Shown here one piece after another: positions 26,917-39,563 of a DNA stretch of 64,000 nucleotides. The notes beneath the pieces were generated by a model. The model did not search any database and was not told the DNA's origin. It was given only the letters and a program-made list of their open reading frames with translations. The stretch is from Takakia lepidozioides (Eukaryota > Plantae > Bryophyta): positions 18,786,001 to 18,850,000 of the forward strand of contig CM060731.1 in the NCBI GenBank assembly GCA_030704615.1, in the 5' to 3' direction. Position 1 is the first letter of the stretch, and each line of letters begins with the position of its first letter. The position numbers and the translations under genes are program-made.

Positions 26917-28667
26917 AAAAGCAAAAGCAATGGCCAGCTTCTCATTGTGGTGGCAAAGAGACAATTCTTTAAGCTCTTCCTCAACATCATGCAATGCAAA
27001 GCGCGGGCTTCACCCCTTCGCACACCATTTGCTCATAGGTCTCCAAAGCCTCCATCCCGCACCCTTGCTGTGCATATCCTGCAATGATCGCACTCCACGA
27101 TAGCACATCTCGTTCAGCCATACACGCTCGCCCTTCATACATGTCCACGAGGGTATTGTTCAGAATTACATTTGATACAATTACAGCTCTGACAATGTCG
27201 CCATGGACCTCTTTGCCCTTTTCCAGAGCTGCCACACTTGCACACGCATTGCAAATGCACACAAACGTGATGTGGTCAGGCTTCACCCCTTCCCCCATCA
27301 TTTGATCATAGGTATCCAAACCCTCCATACCACGTCCCTGTTGTGCATACCCTACAAGCATCGCGTTCCATGACACCACATCTCGTTCAGCCATAATGTT
27401 GGAAACTCCCTTCGCATCCTTAATGCACCCACGTTTGGCATACATGTCCACCAGGGCAGTGTTCAGAATGACATCTGGTACAATTCCAGCTTTGACAATG
27501 TCACCATGGACCTCTTTCCCCTTTTCCAGAGCTCCCAGGCTTGCACACGCATTGCATCCTGCCAACATTATATTCCACGTGATCAAAGATCGTTGAGGCA
27601 TTCTATTGAACACTTGGTGAGCATCGATGATGCTCCCGCACTTAACATAAATGTTGACAAGGGTGTTGAGTAGAAAAACATTTGACATGAATCCACTTTG
27701 GATAACATGAGTATGCACCTGCTTTCCAGCTTCCAGACCTTCCATCTTGATGCACTTAAGCAAGAGACAGACATACATATTTGAATCTGCTGAAATGCCT
27801 TGCGATGTGGTTAGGCTTCACCCCTTCCCCCATCGTTTGCTCATAGGTCTCCAAAGCCTCCATCTCGTGCCTCTGTTGTGCATACCCTGCAAGCTTCATG
27901 TTCCACGACACCACATCTCGTTCAACCATAGTGTTGAAAACTCTCCTCACATCCTTAATGCACCCACATTTGGCAAACATGTCCACCAGGCTTTGACAAT
28001 GTCACTATGGACCTCTTTCCTCTTTTCCAGAGCTCCCAGACTTGCACACACATTGCAAACACAAACAAATGTGATGTGGTTGGGCTTCACCGCTTCGCAC
28101 ATCATTTGCTCATATGTCTCCAAAACATTCCTACCACACCTATGCTTTCCAACGTAATATTCCATGTGATCAAAGATCATTGAGGCATTCTGTTGAACAC
28201 TTGGTGAGCATCCCTGATGCTCGGCACTTAACATACATATTGACAAGGGTGTCGAGTAGAAAAACTTTTGTCGTGAATCCACTTTGGATAATGTGAGTGT
28301 GCACCTGCTTTCCTGCTTCGAGACCTTCCATCTTGATGCTCTTAAGCAAGAGACAGACATACATATCTGAATCTGTTGAAATGCCTCCTTGGTTTAGAAT
28401 CTTTAGAGCCTCTGTCAGGCTGTCTGCCGCACAAAGTATCTTCACATGCCCATAAATGTCAGAAGAGGCATTGTGGACTCCCTCTCTTGATCCTCTTTCA
28501 GAAGCTATGGTCATGGTTGAGGTGCCTGATTTTATCATCTGTGCCGCAGCATCTGCTGCCTTTAGTTTACCATCTACCCATGCAGGTTTCTTGTAGCTAC
28601 TGACCCACATGGAATCAAGGTAATCTGGAGCTTGAAGTCCAACCCTCGTGGATGAATCTGGACCCAC
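26917..28667 (-). pseudogene. PLS-class PPR array with DYW-domain remnant (organellar RNA-editing factor derivative)
   Basis: Repeats DVVSWNAMLVGYAQQG, PDHITFVCICNACAS..ALEKGKEVH and LNTALVDMYAK.G.I.DA, with frameshifts and an internal duplication. 26994-26917 reads LHDVEEELKELSLCHHNEKLAIAFAF (DYW HxE region). E domains and CxxC are missing. Confidence 0.88.
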
Positions 28668-28695
28668 ACTCTACCCCTGCTCCTTCAGGCAACAA

Positions 28696-30767
28696 CAGGG
28701 AAAAACTGGCTGAAATGTGTTGAAGAAGGTACCTTCATTAGCATCGCCTTGTTCTATCAATTGCACTGCTGCCGCTGCTGTTTCCAGTTGACCATCTACC
28801 CGCGCGATCGCTTGTAGCTATTGATCCACAAGGAAGCAGAAGGAAACTTGTGTTTGAAATCCGGCCCTCTTGGATGAATCTGGACCTCTATCCCTGGTCC
28901 TCAGCTATCCCTGCCTGTGGACAAATCATGAATACATCCTCAGCCTTGCTACTAGCAGCTGACAGTGATGGCATGAAGTTCTTCCAGCAAACACCCTAAA
29001 CCCTAATGATGAGAGGGCTTGATAATCAAATGTTGATCATTCAAAGTGACTAACACCTGTCCGTAACGCAATGTGGTTCATGAAATCTCCTTGGGTAAAT
29101 TCAGAACAGTACTTGTATCCTTGGCCCTTCAAAAGTGCCCACAACTGTTGGTAACCTCCCTTCCAACAATATGTGCGCCCAGCCTCATTAAATCTTCTTC
29201 ATGTGTGGCAGATTCCGCCGCCAATGATGATGCCCTTGAACATTCACGGCTGTAGTCCCGGCATAACTTCCCATCAACATTGCTGGCTAGACACCTTGAG
29301 TGATTGCTGCCATTGGCTGATCTTGCAGACAGGGAGTAACCACTGGGTTTGCTAACCCTTGCACCCACAGTATGCTGATGACTGCCCAACTTAGGTCTCT
29401 TCTGGTACATACTGGTGACACTCTCCTCATTCTGAAACCTCTCTAAAAGAGTGACCCCCAGCCTGGCATCCCAAACATTTCTCTTGGCACTCAAACTCAC
29501 ATTCTCTCGGCTGCCAATACTTCCCTTGTCATGACTCATTGAGTCTCCCTCAACCCCAATAAACTCTATGATATACTTGACCCAATCCTGGCATCCCAAG
29601 TTCCTCTTTGTTCACTCAAATCCTCACCCCTTGGACTACCACTGACTTCCCTCTCATGATGTATAGGTTCAGTCCTTTCCCAAATTAACCCATCTGAGAA
29701 AGCTGATGCTAACCTGCTATCCCATACTTCTCCCCTAGTTTTGAAACTCTCTTTCCCCAGGTTATCAATTATTTCCTTAACATAACAAACTGATTTTCTC
29801 TCTCCCCCCCCAACTTTTCTCTCAAATTCACAATGCTTATCTCAGGTTCCCTTTCCCACAAACTGAAAAGAAAAACCTTCCAACCCATTGGTACCAGTAT
29901 AGTAACCAGAAAGTATCCACCCAAAAGGATCCAGCTCAGTCTGGACCAGAAAGTGCTGTCCCTGCAACACCTGTGATCGGAAGAACTAGAATGCCCAAAC
30001 ACAAATGAAGCATGACTTCCTCATGCGATCAATGCCATGGCTATATCATACTTGGCTCAGATCCGTGCCTCCTCTGATCAGTTCTTCTCCCGTCATTTGT
30101 GTGTTTGTGACAAACCATCATCTCCCTCCAATCATGTCCTCATCTTGAGGCTCGGGTGACCAAGTTCAGGCCTCCGTGCTTCATTGTCATGGGAAATCAA
30201 GCAGTACCCACAGCTTCAGTCTTCCCCTTCTTCAGCTATTTCAATGTGACAGCTGTATCAGATCTGTCACTGAGACTTGCTTGGGACTTGCTCACCTTCC
30301 ACTCAGTTCCCCTCGCTATGGGACAGACCGCCCATATAGGCCAGACCTCACACAAAGAAGTACAGGCAAATCAGGCATAGGTCAGCCCATCACTCTGACC
30401 AAAATGCTCGCAGACATCATCTCTGCAAACACATTTAGTTCAGCAAACACCATGGGTCTTCTGTTCCTATCCACTCAACTTCCCCGGAGAAGAACTTGCC
30501 TCCTTTCACATTATTGCAGCCACATCTGTCGTCGTGGCTTTGGAGTTGAAACATCCCACACTGCAGCTTAGTTAAAAGTGTAATCACTCCAAAACCACAC
30601 CATAGATCCACCAACGAGCTAACTTGCATAATTCAACATGAAAAATTAGGGACGACTCTGCTAACAGGGAAAATAGGCTGAAATGCGTTGAAGAAGGTAC
30701 CTTCATTAGCAGTGCCTTGTTCTATCAATGCGCTGCTGCCGCTGTTGTTTCTAGTTGACCATCTACC
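28696..30767. repeat. ~105-bp direct repeat inside the Pack element (28696-28801 and 30664-30767), plus a related partial copy at ~28550-28665
   Basis: Shared acagggaaaa..ggctgaaatg.gttgaagaaggtaccttcattagca..gccttgttctatcaat...ctgctgccgctg.tgtttc.agttgaccatctaccc. Confidence 0.85.
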
Positions 30768-31353
30768 CACGGCGAGATTGAGCAGGAAGAGATTGAAACA
30801 TGGCTTGCTAAGACCAAGCTGACGCGGAAGGGGCGCGGGAGAGGAGGGAAAAGAGAGCCCGTGGGAGATAGATCGCGGCGAGAAAAGAAAAGAAAAAACA
30901 GTCGTAAACCAGTACATCGCGATTTGATCCCGCGGTGCGTCGGGACACAATGTACGTCCTTACCACTAGACTACACCTGAAATTAAATTACCCCCTCCTG
31001 TAAGATTATATTTAAGGTGATTCAAACCCCCTCTGTATATATAATGTTGTACATGGAGGGGTTTAAAATACCCCCTCCTGTGCACGCACGTGGCTGGTAC
31101 ATATTGGCTGGAATGCACCCCCCAGGTTTCTAACGTAGACCTGTACCTACACCTGCATCCACCGCAAGCACTCCTATGATCTGCTGGTCATCAACCCAGC
31201 CTCACCATAGAAGAAACATTGGTGGTCTTGCTGGTCATCACTCCAGCCTCACCACCGACAGCATACTCTAGGATTGGCCGGTGATCAAATCCGGACCAAC
31301 CTCCTATGAAAACAAGCGCCCACACAAAAGCTAACATGGCGCACAGTCAAGCA

Positions 31354-31736
31354 TGTAAGTGTGGAGGGGATCCAAACACAAGAAAATCAAGACAGCAACT
31401 CCCCCACACCAAAAACACTCCACAGTGTCGCTCCTGCAAGGACACCCCAGCCCAAACCCGGACTGACTCTTGCCTCCATCTACGGAAAGGTTTTGGCCTC
31501 CAGAGAGGGTGAAAGACTATGGAGAAGAGAAACTAAAGCAATTCCTAACCCCAGAATGCTCTTATCCCACCACTCTCCCTCCTGTCTCTATCCACTCACT
31601 TGTATGGCCGTGGCAAGCATCCTTCAATGTCCCTCAATCAATCCTTCAAGAGCTCTTCAACATTGTCCACCGAAGCTCCTCGAAGGGTCCTCCAAGGACC
31701 CCAAAGATCCTCCAAACACTCCTCCAAGGACCCCAA
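31354..31736 (-). repeat. R/U5 portion of the putative 5' LTR
   Basis: Begins TGTAAG on +. A ~32-bp tandem repeat (cctccaaggaccccaaagatcctccaaacact) is cut by the CACTA and resumes at 54198. Confidence 0.6.
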
Positions 31737-32863
31737 TACTAGAAGCATTCGTGTCATTTACCACTGGGGTAACGACTCATTTTGAGTCGTAAAAGTCAAA
31801 AAACTGGGATCGACTGGAAGTTACAACAGACTAGTTACAATAGACGTGGTAGTTGGGTTGGACATCCAATGATTGGAGTGGTAAAGGATGCAGACGCGCG
31901 AACAACTGCTCAGCGATTAATGCGATTAATGCTGAAGAACCACGTGGCGTAACCAGGCAGGTCGCCCGTGTGTCTGACCTTTTGGGCTGACTTTGACTTT
32001 TCCCTCCGGATGAGTGGACTGACTCGCCCGGGGCGCGGTGACACATGGACGCGGACGTGGATGCGGACGTGGATGCCGATGTGGCGGCGCCGCGACGAGC
32101 GGCAATGTTGCCGCGTGGCCACGGGCCCAAGACGCCACATCGCAGTCGGCCACATCACTTGGAGTGCTGCATGTGACGTCGCAACAGCCACTGGCGAAGT
32201 CGACTGCACAACTGCCGGCAGACGAATCCACGGGGACCCTGTGAAGAGTGTGTGGGTCGACGCGTGGCGTCGTCCCCACGCAATGGCAGTGACGGGTACG
32301 ACTGCTAGTGGAAAGACGCAGAGTGCTTGTGCCATCTCGGGACTGCTTTGGCCAACTCCGCATCCACTGTGCTAGTTGGTTGCACTACAGTAGGAAAGCA
32401 CGAAAAATGAGCACTTGTAGTGGTTTGTGTGAGTTTCCAACTGACCTGCATTCTAAGCTGAAAATATGGTTCTGATGCATTCTACTGGTTTTAGTAGTTC
32501 ACCCATATGCAGGGGGAATTGAGAAGCAATGATATTGGGCGAGACTCAGAACACAGACCACGATGCATGCACAACATCACGCTAATGAACCAAATAGACG
32601 AGGCAACAGGGAGACCAAATACCATCACACATACACATAGAAGGTGGACGGACACGACGACAAGTCAGGAAATGTGATATTACATTCAAATTAGAGACCG
32701 TCACGGCACACCTGCATATGAGCAAGACTAAATGCCAACATACATGGTTGCCGGACATCACTTAAACTGTCATGGCCCAAATGTTCAAAACTGGTAACGT
32801 GAGTATCATACACACTTCTATGAGTATCATTACACACCCAACAGGGACTACAAACATGAAATG

Positions 32864-35800
32864 TCACTTGATACTTTCACCTTTCCTCATACTCTTCTCT
32901 GGCCACAGAGTCACCATGCCTTTCACGTGCGCTAGTGTGGTCTGGGGGGGGGCATCGTCCACATTTGGGCAAGGCAATGTAACACTTGGAAGCATGATCT
33001 TGTGGACTTTCACCTTGTACCACCCGGATCGAATGTCCTTGCAGTGGAACTTGTCAACCCCGGCTATTCCCACCACTTCCGCCTTGGCGGCGGCTGTCTT
33101 TGACCGCTTGTCATGGGGGTTCAGGAGAAACACAGGATCTGATATCTGCAGACACCAACATCAGGGTCCACTCAGCAACAAACATAGCACTGACAGGGTG
33201 AAAGTCAAGCGCAGCTGGGCATGGAAACGATCTTGGTTGCCACAATACTGAATCAGCAGCAAATTCACGGTGTACCAACGTATCTTGAAGCGAAGCTCGT
33301 CGCTGAGGGTGGCAACTGAGGAAAGCTGCCCACGTGTCTTCAACTGCAGCAGCAAAAAGAGGTTTAGTCAGACGGATAAGAATAACATGAACTCTGGTGG
33401 TTGCAATGGTATAAACACACCTCCACGGAGCAAGCTAACAAACACCCTGCTCAGACCCTGCACACTACAACTTCCTGGCAAAAATAACCCTACTAAAACC
33501 AGCCAGGCAAAGCAAGGAGCCATGAATGCATGCCTGGGGAACCACGTTCTGCTGCGATGATGGTGCCGGGGACAGCCCACTCCTCTTGCTCACCTGCAAT
33601 GAATACACATTGCAAAGCTTCAGGAAGTGTATCCATAAAGGAAACCAACCAAGTAAGTTTGCGGAGAGGGGCTGGGAACAACCATACCTTGGGCGCTGCC
33701 TCCTCATGCCGGGGGGGAAATCTGGAATGCTGCCGCCGTAGCACTATGGTCCTAGGCGCAGGACCCACCTTCTTCACATTCGACCCCACTGCCACTCCCT
33801 GTACATGTGGTCCCTGCAAAACATATAGTGCCAGCCTTGCGTGAGAGGGCATCCGGGGGAACAAAACAAACATGGACTTTGGCTTCGATGTCATGTTGCA
33901 AACAGTAAGGTTAGTTTCACCTACATGGGCGCAGAAGTACCTCCCCCAACGACCCCATCCTCTCCCACATTCAAGCTGCCAGTTGGGGTCAGCTTCCGCG
34001 TGCTTGTGAAGACACGCACATCCTTGGAGCAAAACAAATCTTGGCAGTAGGGCCAGACTGTTTCTAAAAGGTAGTCTGAATCGGGCCCCTCACTGACATT
34101 GCCAGTGACATCAAACGACAATGGATGGACCATGTTCAAAGGGGAGTTCCCCCTCCCCTTGTGTGGTGAATCATCCACTAGGAGGGTGTTGGATTCGTTA
34201 AATCCAGAAAATTCCGACCACACCCTCGACAGTCTCTTCTGTAAGTTCTGTACGGCAGGCCCTTTTGTGGGGTGTGGCTCTGTCAAGGGTCACACTCCTC
34301 TTGTGACCACAAAAAGAGGGGAGAACCCTTGACCCCCTGCATCACCACTTTGAAGATGTCTGCAACATTCCCCTTGGAAGCACAGGACCATATCCCAACG
34401 TAGAAATACCGGAAGAGAAGGTTTAAAAACTCGCAGACCTGGGGCCTTGGGAAAACATACTTGTTGGTGGTCAACACCCATGGCCAATGACGCCTCGGGT
34501 TGGGCTGAAAGTTAGGAATAGAGTGGCACAAGATCCCGTTCAGGTCTAGAACAATTAGTTTCGACTTTTCTATGAAAGGAGCTTTTGAAGGGGTGTCACG
34601 GGGTCTCACCTCAGTGGGTTGGGAGACAACAGTCACCCCGGAGGGCAAAGTTTCGGTCCCCCTGCAGCCTGGACCAGGCAAACTACCACCCTCTCCCCCT
34701 ACAGCTTCCCCTTTTCCCCCATCATGAGCAATGACCCCCCCATCGTCCATGTCATCCCCACCAACTTGCTGGACCTCTCCCTCTTCAACGAGTGGACCCT
34801 GCCCCCCACTGTGAATATCATCAACAACAGCCCGGACCTCTGTCACATCCCTACCCACTACGATTACTTCCTCCTTGTCAGGTACAATGGTCGCAGCAGG
34901 GGGGTCTTCCATAATGCCACCCGTCACACCCCCTTTTTGCCCCATCATGAGTTCCACTATCTTCTTCAGTTGTGCTTCCATTCCCCTCTCCCGCTCCGCA
35001 GAGAGAGCCGCAAGCCTCTCCAGGGCCCCGATGCGGGCTGCCATTGAGTTCCCGCTCCCTACGCATACAAACACCCACCCGTACTGTTAAAAACCAGAAG
35101 AAGAGGCCGAATGTGCAGGATTTCAGGCATTCGGAGATGGCTGGGTTTGGCATAACACCCCTCGTGTACCATGCGTGGGGGCCCCACATACCCACCAAAT
35201 CTTAGTACAACAACAGATTCATGAATGGAAACCGGACTTCAAAACATACCTGGCTCAAAACAGACTCTGATGGGGTGCCAGTCGCAGCGTTCTTTTGCTC
35301 CGCCCCGAGCTCGGACAGTGACGGGCTCCGCGCTTTGCGTCTTTTCTGTATTTGCCCATCCACACACTGTCAGTACAAAATGCCAGGAGCATATGGACAA
35401 AGCACTGCCCTGCATATCACATAACAACTAATTCTGCACAAGCAATAAAACCCACTCGTGGGTGTCTCTTCCATCAGAACATGCCACAACGTAAGAGCAA
35501 TGAGAAGGGGGTGAGGGAGATTACCAAACGGGCTGCTTGGCCTGCAACTCCTGCCCGGCCCCAACGCGAGGGGTTCGTGACACAAGCACGCGCTTGCTTC
35601 ATCCCTTCAGCCTTTGCAAGTCCACGAGGGGACTCCCAGTAGGCAACAAGCTTATCCCAATAGGCGGGTTCAGTGTTCATTGGCCTCACACCAGTCTTCG
35701 CCCATTTATTTTTCAGTTTTGCTCTTTCTCCTTTCATTATCTTCCCACATTGCTTCACTATAAAATCACGATTGGCAGGGATAGGTGTGTACTCGTACAT

Positions 35801-38443
35801 TCCATTTATGCCCTCTATTACTGTTGACATGGCACTCTGGGACTGCTGGTCAATGTCTTGTACGCTTGAGTCAAGGTAACGCAATGCCAGGCCACGCAAA
35901 TCACGCTGCCAGTGTTCCTTACCTTCGCAGCCAGCATTGATGACTCCATTTCCATGCACCTCCACCTTGTGGCGCTTTAGCCCTGCAGCCACCCTTCCCT
36001 CTCCATCTCCTTCCCATTGTTTCATGGCATGGCATCGTTCCTTCCTCCGTTTCATGCCCCCATGCTCTGGAGCAGCGCCGTCATACGTTGTGGGGGGTGA
36101 CTGATGTGTGCCAGAGGGGGGAGGGCGTATGGAGATGTGGGAGGCCCCCATTGTGACGTGGCAACATCAGGAAGCCAGCGCCACGACCCCGAAGAAGGGG
36201 GGGCTCCCCATGGTGCACTCTGTTGTGGAGACCATCCGGCAGGGGGTGGGTGCCAAGGTTGGTGTTGGTTGGCATTGTGTGGTGGCTGTGAGTGCTTTGC
36301 TGCAGCTTCACTCCCCTTCCGCTGCCAAAAACATCCCACACACAAGGTGCATCAGCTGTAGTCCTACTGAACACAACGTCACCAGAGCACAAACCATCCC
36401 ACAACCACAACTATGGATTGGCTGACCTCAAACCCACTCCCCTGCAGCGCAAGTGCCAAAAACTGAAAAGGAGAGGGACAAAATGTCCTCATAACATGTA
36501 AGGCCATTCATTGGTGAAGAAACAGAATGTGGGCGGGTTCACATCAGTACCACATGAAACTTACCAGGAAACAGAACATCCATCCGGGTTTTGCACATAT
36601 CCAGTGGACATCTATTCACACAATCAGCAAATGGCTGTATGGCGGAGCCCACCAACGGAGCCCCAAAAGGCCTAAAGACTCTCAATGTTGGTAAACACAG
36701 GTGCAGACACAATTCAATTGAAAGGATATTGCAGACCTAGCCTCGTTGGAGTTATCAACGCATATAGCAAATGCGTACTCCAACGCAGGTGCAATGACGT
36801 GACAAAGCAACATTTCCTTGACCTAAAAACTAGTCCCTCTGCACACAGTGGTAGACCTGAAGGTTTTTCCATGATGTCCTCCCCCATGTCACAAATTGAA
36901 AACATGTTCAGGGATGTTTTTTGCCTAACTTCATTTTCTGCCCAATCAGATCTCCTCTACGCTGATGATGTTGCCCTTTTGGCACAATCCCCGGTCTTTC
37001 TGCAACGCCATCTCAAAATTTTGGAACAGTTCTGCAAAGACTATGGGATGCAAGTCAATCTTAGCAAGACCAAGATCATGGTCTTCAATGGCCAGGCTGA
37101 TCGTAGATTCATCTTCAACCAGCAGGAAATTGAGATTGTCAAATCATACCGGTACCTAGGTCTGGTTATCCACTCCCCCAAGTTTCACTTTGCAGCCACT
37201 GCCTTGGACAGATTGACTAAAGGTAAGGCGGCCTCCGTCCGCCTTCACGCCAAATGCAAGCAAATACATCTGCGGCATCCCCCGACCAAAAAGTGGCTGT
37301 TTGACACCATCGTCAGCCCTGCTACCATCAATGGTTGTGAGTTCTGGGCACCTGGTGTCCCTGTCTCCTGGTGGGAAAAGAATTTGGAACCATTACAGTC
37401 ATCTTTTCTCCAAGCAATGCTTGGCGCCAGGAGCACAACTCCATCTCAGATCCTAGGTGCAGAGTTCGCATGTGTACCATTGCAATCCGAGGCACAGTTC
37501 AGGCTTACAATCTTTCTCCATAGATTGCAGGCCCTTCCACCCAAAGGGCTAGTGGAAGGGCCCTCACAACATCTATGAGGCTCAAAGCTGCAGGTTTCGG
37601 GAACTCCTGGTATGCTCGAGTGGACAGTTTATTGAAACGTAACGGACTTTCTGCTGCTTTCCTATTACCAATGAACCCAAATGAGGTGGACATCACATCT
37701 AGACATGACCGCAACAGACTCATTCGGAGAGAGCTTATGGAATTACATGTCAAGAGAACTTGGATGCTACCCAATCTCACAACAAAGCTCCACTTCTATC
37801 GAGAGACATTCTTGGTGCTCCGCGATGATAGAATCTTCAGACCAAATTACCTTTCAGCACCCTTACCTCCTTCCCTCTTGAGGGCATTGGGGCGGTTCAG
37901 GGTGGGTTCCCACAACCTACGGATAAAGACTGGCAGATGGGAAAACCTGCAACGGGAGGACCGCCTATGTCCAGCTTGCATAGGGCGCAGCAAGGAAATT
38001 GAAACTGAAGAACACTTCTTCTTCTACTGCCCTGTATACTACGAGATCCGTTTGAACAACTTTATGGATATGTGCATCCCAGTTTCAGTTTCAGGAGAAC
38101 TCAACGCCCAGAAAACATGAACACAAGTAGGGGTAGAACTCACCTCATGCGCAGCGGGTTTGTGCCCTTTGCGCACCTTTTGGAGAGACTCTGCAGATGG
38201 AGGTGCAATTTCCGCCGAACTGTCCTCCACCTCATCGTCGTCGCCCATGCTATACTCGCTTGTGTCAAAATCCGAACTCGAAGACCGCCCACCGCTCTGC
38301 CTTCCCTCTCGCACCGACGCCATCTGTACCGGATTCAGTCGAGCCAGGTGGGGGCTCCTTCGCACCGCGGGGCTGGAATGTGCAGAAGTGGGAGGAGGTG
38401 ATGCTGCCTCGGCGGTCGAGCGCTTCTTACGAGGCGTGGACAT
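32864..38443 (-). pseudogene. CACTA TnpA-like multi-exon gene: Transposase_24-like + FCP1/NIF (HAD) domain + C-terminal Tnp1-like domain
   Basis: Exon 1 is 38443-38144 (MSTPRKKRS...). TnpA core YWDKLVAYWESP..LAKAEGMKQAR.CV.NPSRWGRAG ends at 35525. NIF motifs KLIVLDLNGIL, FPRPQVCEFL, VGIWSCA, LFLWSQEEC, NTLLVDDSPHK (~34560-34050). Last exon GWYKVKVHKI..P...LP.P...TTL...KG..TLWP. Frameshifts, and TAG at 33921. Confidence 0.78.
36952..38050 (+). mobile_element. LINE fragment (RTEX-like RT C-terminal half plus CCHC finger) in TnpA intron 1, truncated at both ends
   Basis: Motifs LLYADDVALL, VNLSKTKIMVF, YRYLG, RFRVGSHNLRIKTGRW, RLCPAC...ETEEHFFFYC. One frameshift near 37560. No poly(A) tail or TSD seen. 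Confidence 0.88.
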
Positions 38444-38831
38444 AGACCATGACAAAGATGAAGACGAGCGAGGACATAGACCATGACCAAGACAAAGACG
38501 AGCGAGGAAGACCAAGACATGCAAAGGAGGAAAGAAGGACAAGGAGGGGAGTGTGATCACACACCCCCCCCCGATCTGTAGTGAAGATCCGGCCGTTGTT
38601 GATTTCAAATATGAACACGTGTCATGCATCCGACAGTATGGCCTTTTCGACTTTGAGATGTTAAACCCTAAACCACTTACAATCCTCCAGACAACTAGAT
38701 GTAGTGATTCACACAACTGACATGGATCCGTTAACTTTTTTTCGTTCAAAATTAGGCGAAGGAAACACACTGCAATGATGCCGTGTATGGCTCCGCTTTA
38801 CATGCATTCTTGGAGAAAATGCGCATGATGT

Positions 38832-39563
38832 GTGAGAAGTGAACACAGTGCTCTGCCAAATGATTCAGCAAAAACAAACTCAACTGTAGTGGTTCTCCCA
38901 TCGCAGAGAAGGGTCCATTCGACACCCATCGCACCATGCCAGGTTGAGGTCCTCACACACACACCTACACACCGAGAATTTGCGAACCCACATCAGCTGG
39001 GAGAACATGGAAATTACCTCGTGGATCACATACAAGCATGAATGAGAAATGGGTTTATGTTACATGGGAGATTTTGGTATACCTGCGCGACATGCAACTC
39101 TGTCTACATACTCCATAAGTCGCTGTCCCAAGACCCAAGTGGACAGGGGAGGCCGGTGAGTCTGTACCACAAATGGTAATCATACAGCAGAGGGTACTGC
39201 TGCCCAACGTGCAAAAGCCGTCGGCTGCAGGATGTTAGGCATGCGAACTCGGGCACAGCACGCCTCCTCTGGTTGCCATCTCCGGTAGAGTACGACTACG
39301 CCAAGGAGCATGGTTGGCAATCCCTCATGACCAACATGGCCAAGACGGAGGGGATGAGTGCACTACAGGGCACTAGTATGGCTGGGGGGGGGGTCATGGC
39401 CAGGGATTGGATGAGAGCTCTGTGGGAGTTAGGGGAACGTCGCCTGGTTTACGTGCTCAGGCGAAGGGTGCGGAGTCATCAGGCTCATCGGATAGCTATG
39501 ACTCCTCCTCTGACGATGAGGATGAGGATGAGGATGAGTAGTCCTAGTCCGTGTAGGTCCTAG
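38832..39563 (+). pseudogene. Degenerate zinc-ribbon ORF between the TnpA and TnpD genes
   Basis: ORFs 38832-39041 and 39273-39563 share a frame. Reading through two stops gives WYTCATCNSVY...YCCPTCKSRRL. An acidic tail SSSDDEDEDEDE* follows a G-run frameshift. Confidence 0.45.

Larger units (their letters stand above)
26228..31126. mobile_element. Non-autonomous Pack-type TIR DNA transposon (8-bp TSD; hAT- or MULE-like) carrying PPR-DYW sequence
   Basis: TIR CCTGGGGGGTGCA at 26228 and its reverse complement ending at 31126, each followed after 21 nt by CACGTGCGTGC. TSD TTTCTAAC at 26220-26227 and 31127-31134. Subterminal ACCCCCTC(C)TGTA-type repeats at both ends. No transposase. Confidence 0.9.

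Noticed and set aside
31831-32375. Overlapping GC-rich ORFs on both strands
   Set aside because: They arise from CACTA subterminal repeats (e.g. gacgtggatgcg), not from coding sequence.
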